From contig NW_015166430.1 in the NCBI RefSeq assembly GCF_001447785.1, positions 261,595 through 325,594 of the forward strand: a DNA stretch of 64,000 nucleotides, read 5' to 3'. Position numbers and translations under genes: made by a program. Numbering within the stretch: position 1 is the first letter of the stretch; every line of letters begins with the position of its first letter. The notes under the pieces were generated by a model. It was not told where the DNA came from, did no database searches, and saw only the letters and a program-made list of their open reading frames with translations. The DNA is from Gekko japonicus. Its lineage: Eukaryota. Shown here piece by piece: positions 62,590-64,000 of this stretch.

Positions 62590-63030
62590 GGCCCAGGTCA
62601 CATGGGAGGCTTTGATCCGCGAGAGGGATGGATCGGGGGTGGAGCAAGTGGGCGCGATCTCACAGCAACATCTGGGAAGTGGCGCGCACCTGTCCCCGAT
62701 CCGTCTCTTCAGGCCAAAGATGTGGTTAAAAAAACCACACCTACAAAACACTACTACTTACCTGAAAATCCGCAGCAGGGGCGGCCATGGGATCGCTGGT
62801 ACGCCCGTCTCCGGCAGCATGCGAGGCCCCCGGCCAAACTGCACAGGCGCGCACATGCGCAGCGGGCTGCCTCGCTCACTGATATGTGGCTTCTCCCCCC
62901 CCCAGCATCTGATCGTGCCGGGGAGCAACTGCGCGGCGGCTCGGGGGATCTGTCTGATCCTGCCGCCACGCGTCTCTTTTGAAAAAAGCCGCACTTCAGC
63001 CGCACCTTTTCCCCCAGTGTGACCGGGGCC
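62590..63030. mobile_element. CpG-rich MITE, subfamily B
   Basis: ggcccaggtcacatg ... agtgtgaccggggcc; TSD tgt/tat; colinear with the 60620 copy. Confidence 0.82.
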
Positions 63031-63247
63031 TATGCAGGCAAAGCCCTTTGGCAAAAATAAATGAGCAATGGGAGGGTCCTGTGCTTTAGAGTTCCCAGCC
63101 CCAATTACTTAACCCAGCTTCTGCAGACATCTTGATATCTGTCCACAGTGTATTCAGCTTGATCTGTACAGAGACTGTGCTACCCTGCACTCTCCTTTAG
63201 GCAACCTTGAAAGAGTCAGTTTCTTAACATTTGCTGCAGGAGCTTAC

Positions 63248-63362
63248 TTTTTTCCTCAACATCCGAGTCAGAATCCACCAGGCTTTCTTCACTTCCTGAA
63301 TCATCTTCCTCTTCTTCCTCCTGACCACCTTCTTCCTCACAGCCACTCTCATCCCGTTCCTC
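63248..63362 (-). CDS. KIF21B: KIF21B exon, acidic linker (EERDESGCEEEGGQEEEEEDDSGSEESLVDSDSDVEEK); motor-domain exons lie beyond the window
   Basis: tttag|gag acceptor, a|gtaag donor. Confidence 0.92.
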
Positions 63363-64000
63363 CTAAATGAAGGGATGCCATGATCAGAAGGACTTCACAG
63401 TTTCAATCCTACCCCATTCAGACTCATGAACAGCCATCTACAACCCTTCTTTCTAGGCTCACCAGTTTGTTCCTACGACAACAGGAGACACAGATGGTGG
63501 CGGTGCTCTTTAATCCTTGGCCTGGTGATTTTTGCACTACTTAATGTCAAATGATGTGGGAGATCGATAACCAGAATGTCATTTTTAAAAAATGAATTAG
63601 CAGCTCCACATATTTGTTTTGTAACATACAGGAAAGACCACTGAGGGTGAAGTTGGTTACCCTTTCCTGCTCAGCTTTTCTCTGATTTAAATGTCTTTAC
63701 CTGAAGCTAAATGAGCTCCACAGAAGAAAGAAAACCCAGACAGGTACAAGTTCTGTCTCTCCCACACACACACACTGCAAAGCTAATGGCAACTTTAAGG
63801 AGGAGGGATTTCTATCAGGAAAAGTGGCATGGGAGGAAAGTATTAATACCTCCCCCCATCCTCAAAGCAGCTGCATAGGGGTGTTAATTTGAAAAAAGTC
63901 ACAGGAAATTCTAAGCATGGATCTCCAGTATTATGTCTAGCCTGACTCTCAAGGACTGAAGTTTACTAAAAATGTTTGGGGCATTCATGTTGTGTCTGAC

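Noticed and set aside
62411-63054. Long overlapping ORFs (203, 126 and 98 aa) and similar clusters at 15882-16243, 17815-18295, 35886-36617 and 60592-61184
   Set aside because: They coincide with GC-rich MITE copies, which are stop-poor, and show no protein-family signature.
63661-63700. AG...GT-bounded 40-nt segment on the - strand, possible KIF21B exon
   Set aside because: Stop codons in all three frames.

Overview
Vertebrate genomic DNA, almost certainly a squamate and probably a gecko (Sauria SINEs plus Squam3-like SINEs). It holds two convergent genes in the same order as human 1q32. INAVA (C1orf106) is on the + strand: 8 coding exons from 779 to 20696, first exon upstream of the window, C-terminus ...IITQV*. 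KIF21B is on the - strand: its 3' portion (stalk coiled coil to WD40 tail), 21 internal exons from 63362 down to 30371, two alternative terminal exons (29546-29645 and 28855-28909) and a ~3.8 kb 3'UTR ending near 25065. I walked all exons by hand: GT-AG ends and phases are consistent throughout. Introns are dense with mobile DNA whose ends and target-site duplications (TSDs) can be read directly. The most notable items are a complete ORF1-only 'half-L1' retroelement with a 16-bp TSD, a candidate hammerhead ribozyme at 36899-36960, a Helitron-like 5' end followed by a tandem array of hairpin units, and six copies of a CpG-rich MITE family with 3-bp TSDs. There are also several hAT MITEs, a solo LTR and LINE fragments. 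Gene and TE family names come from recalled knowledge, not database searches.
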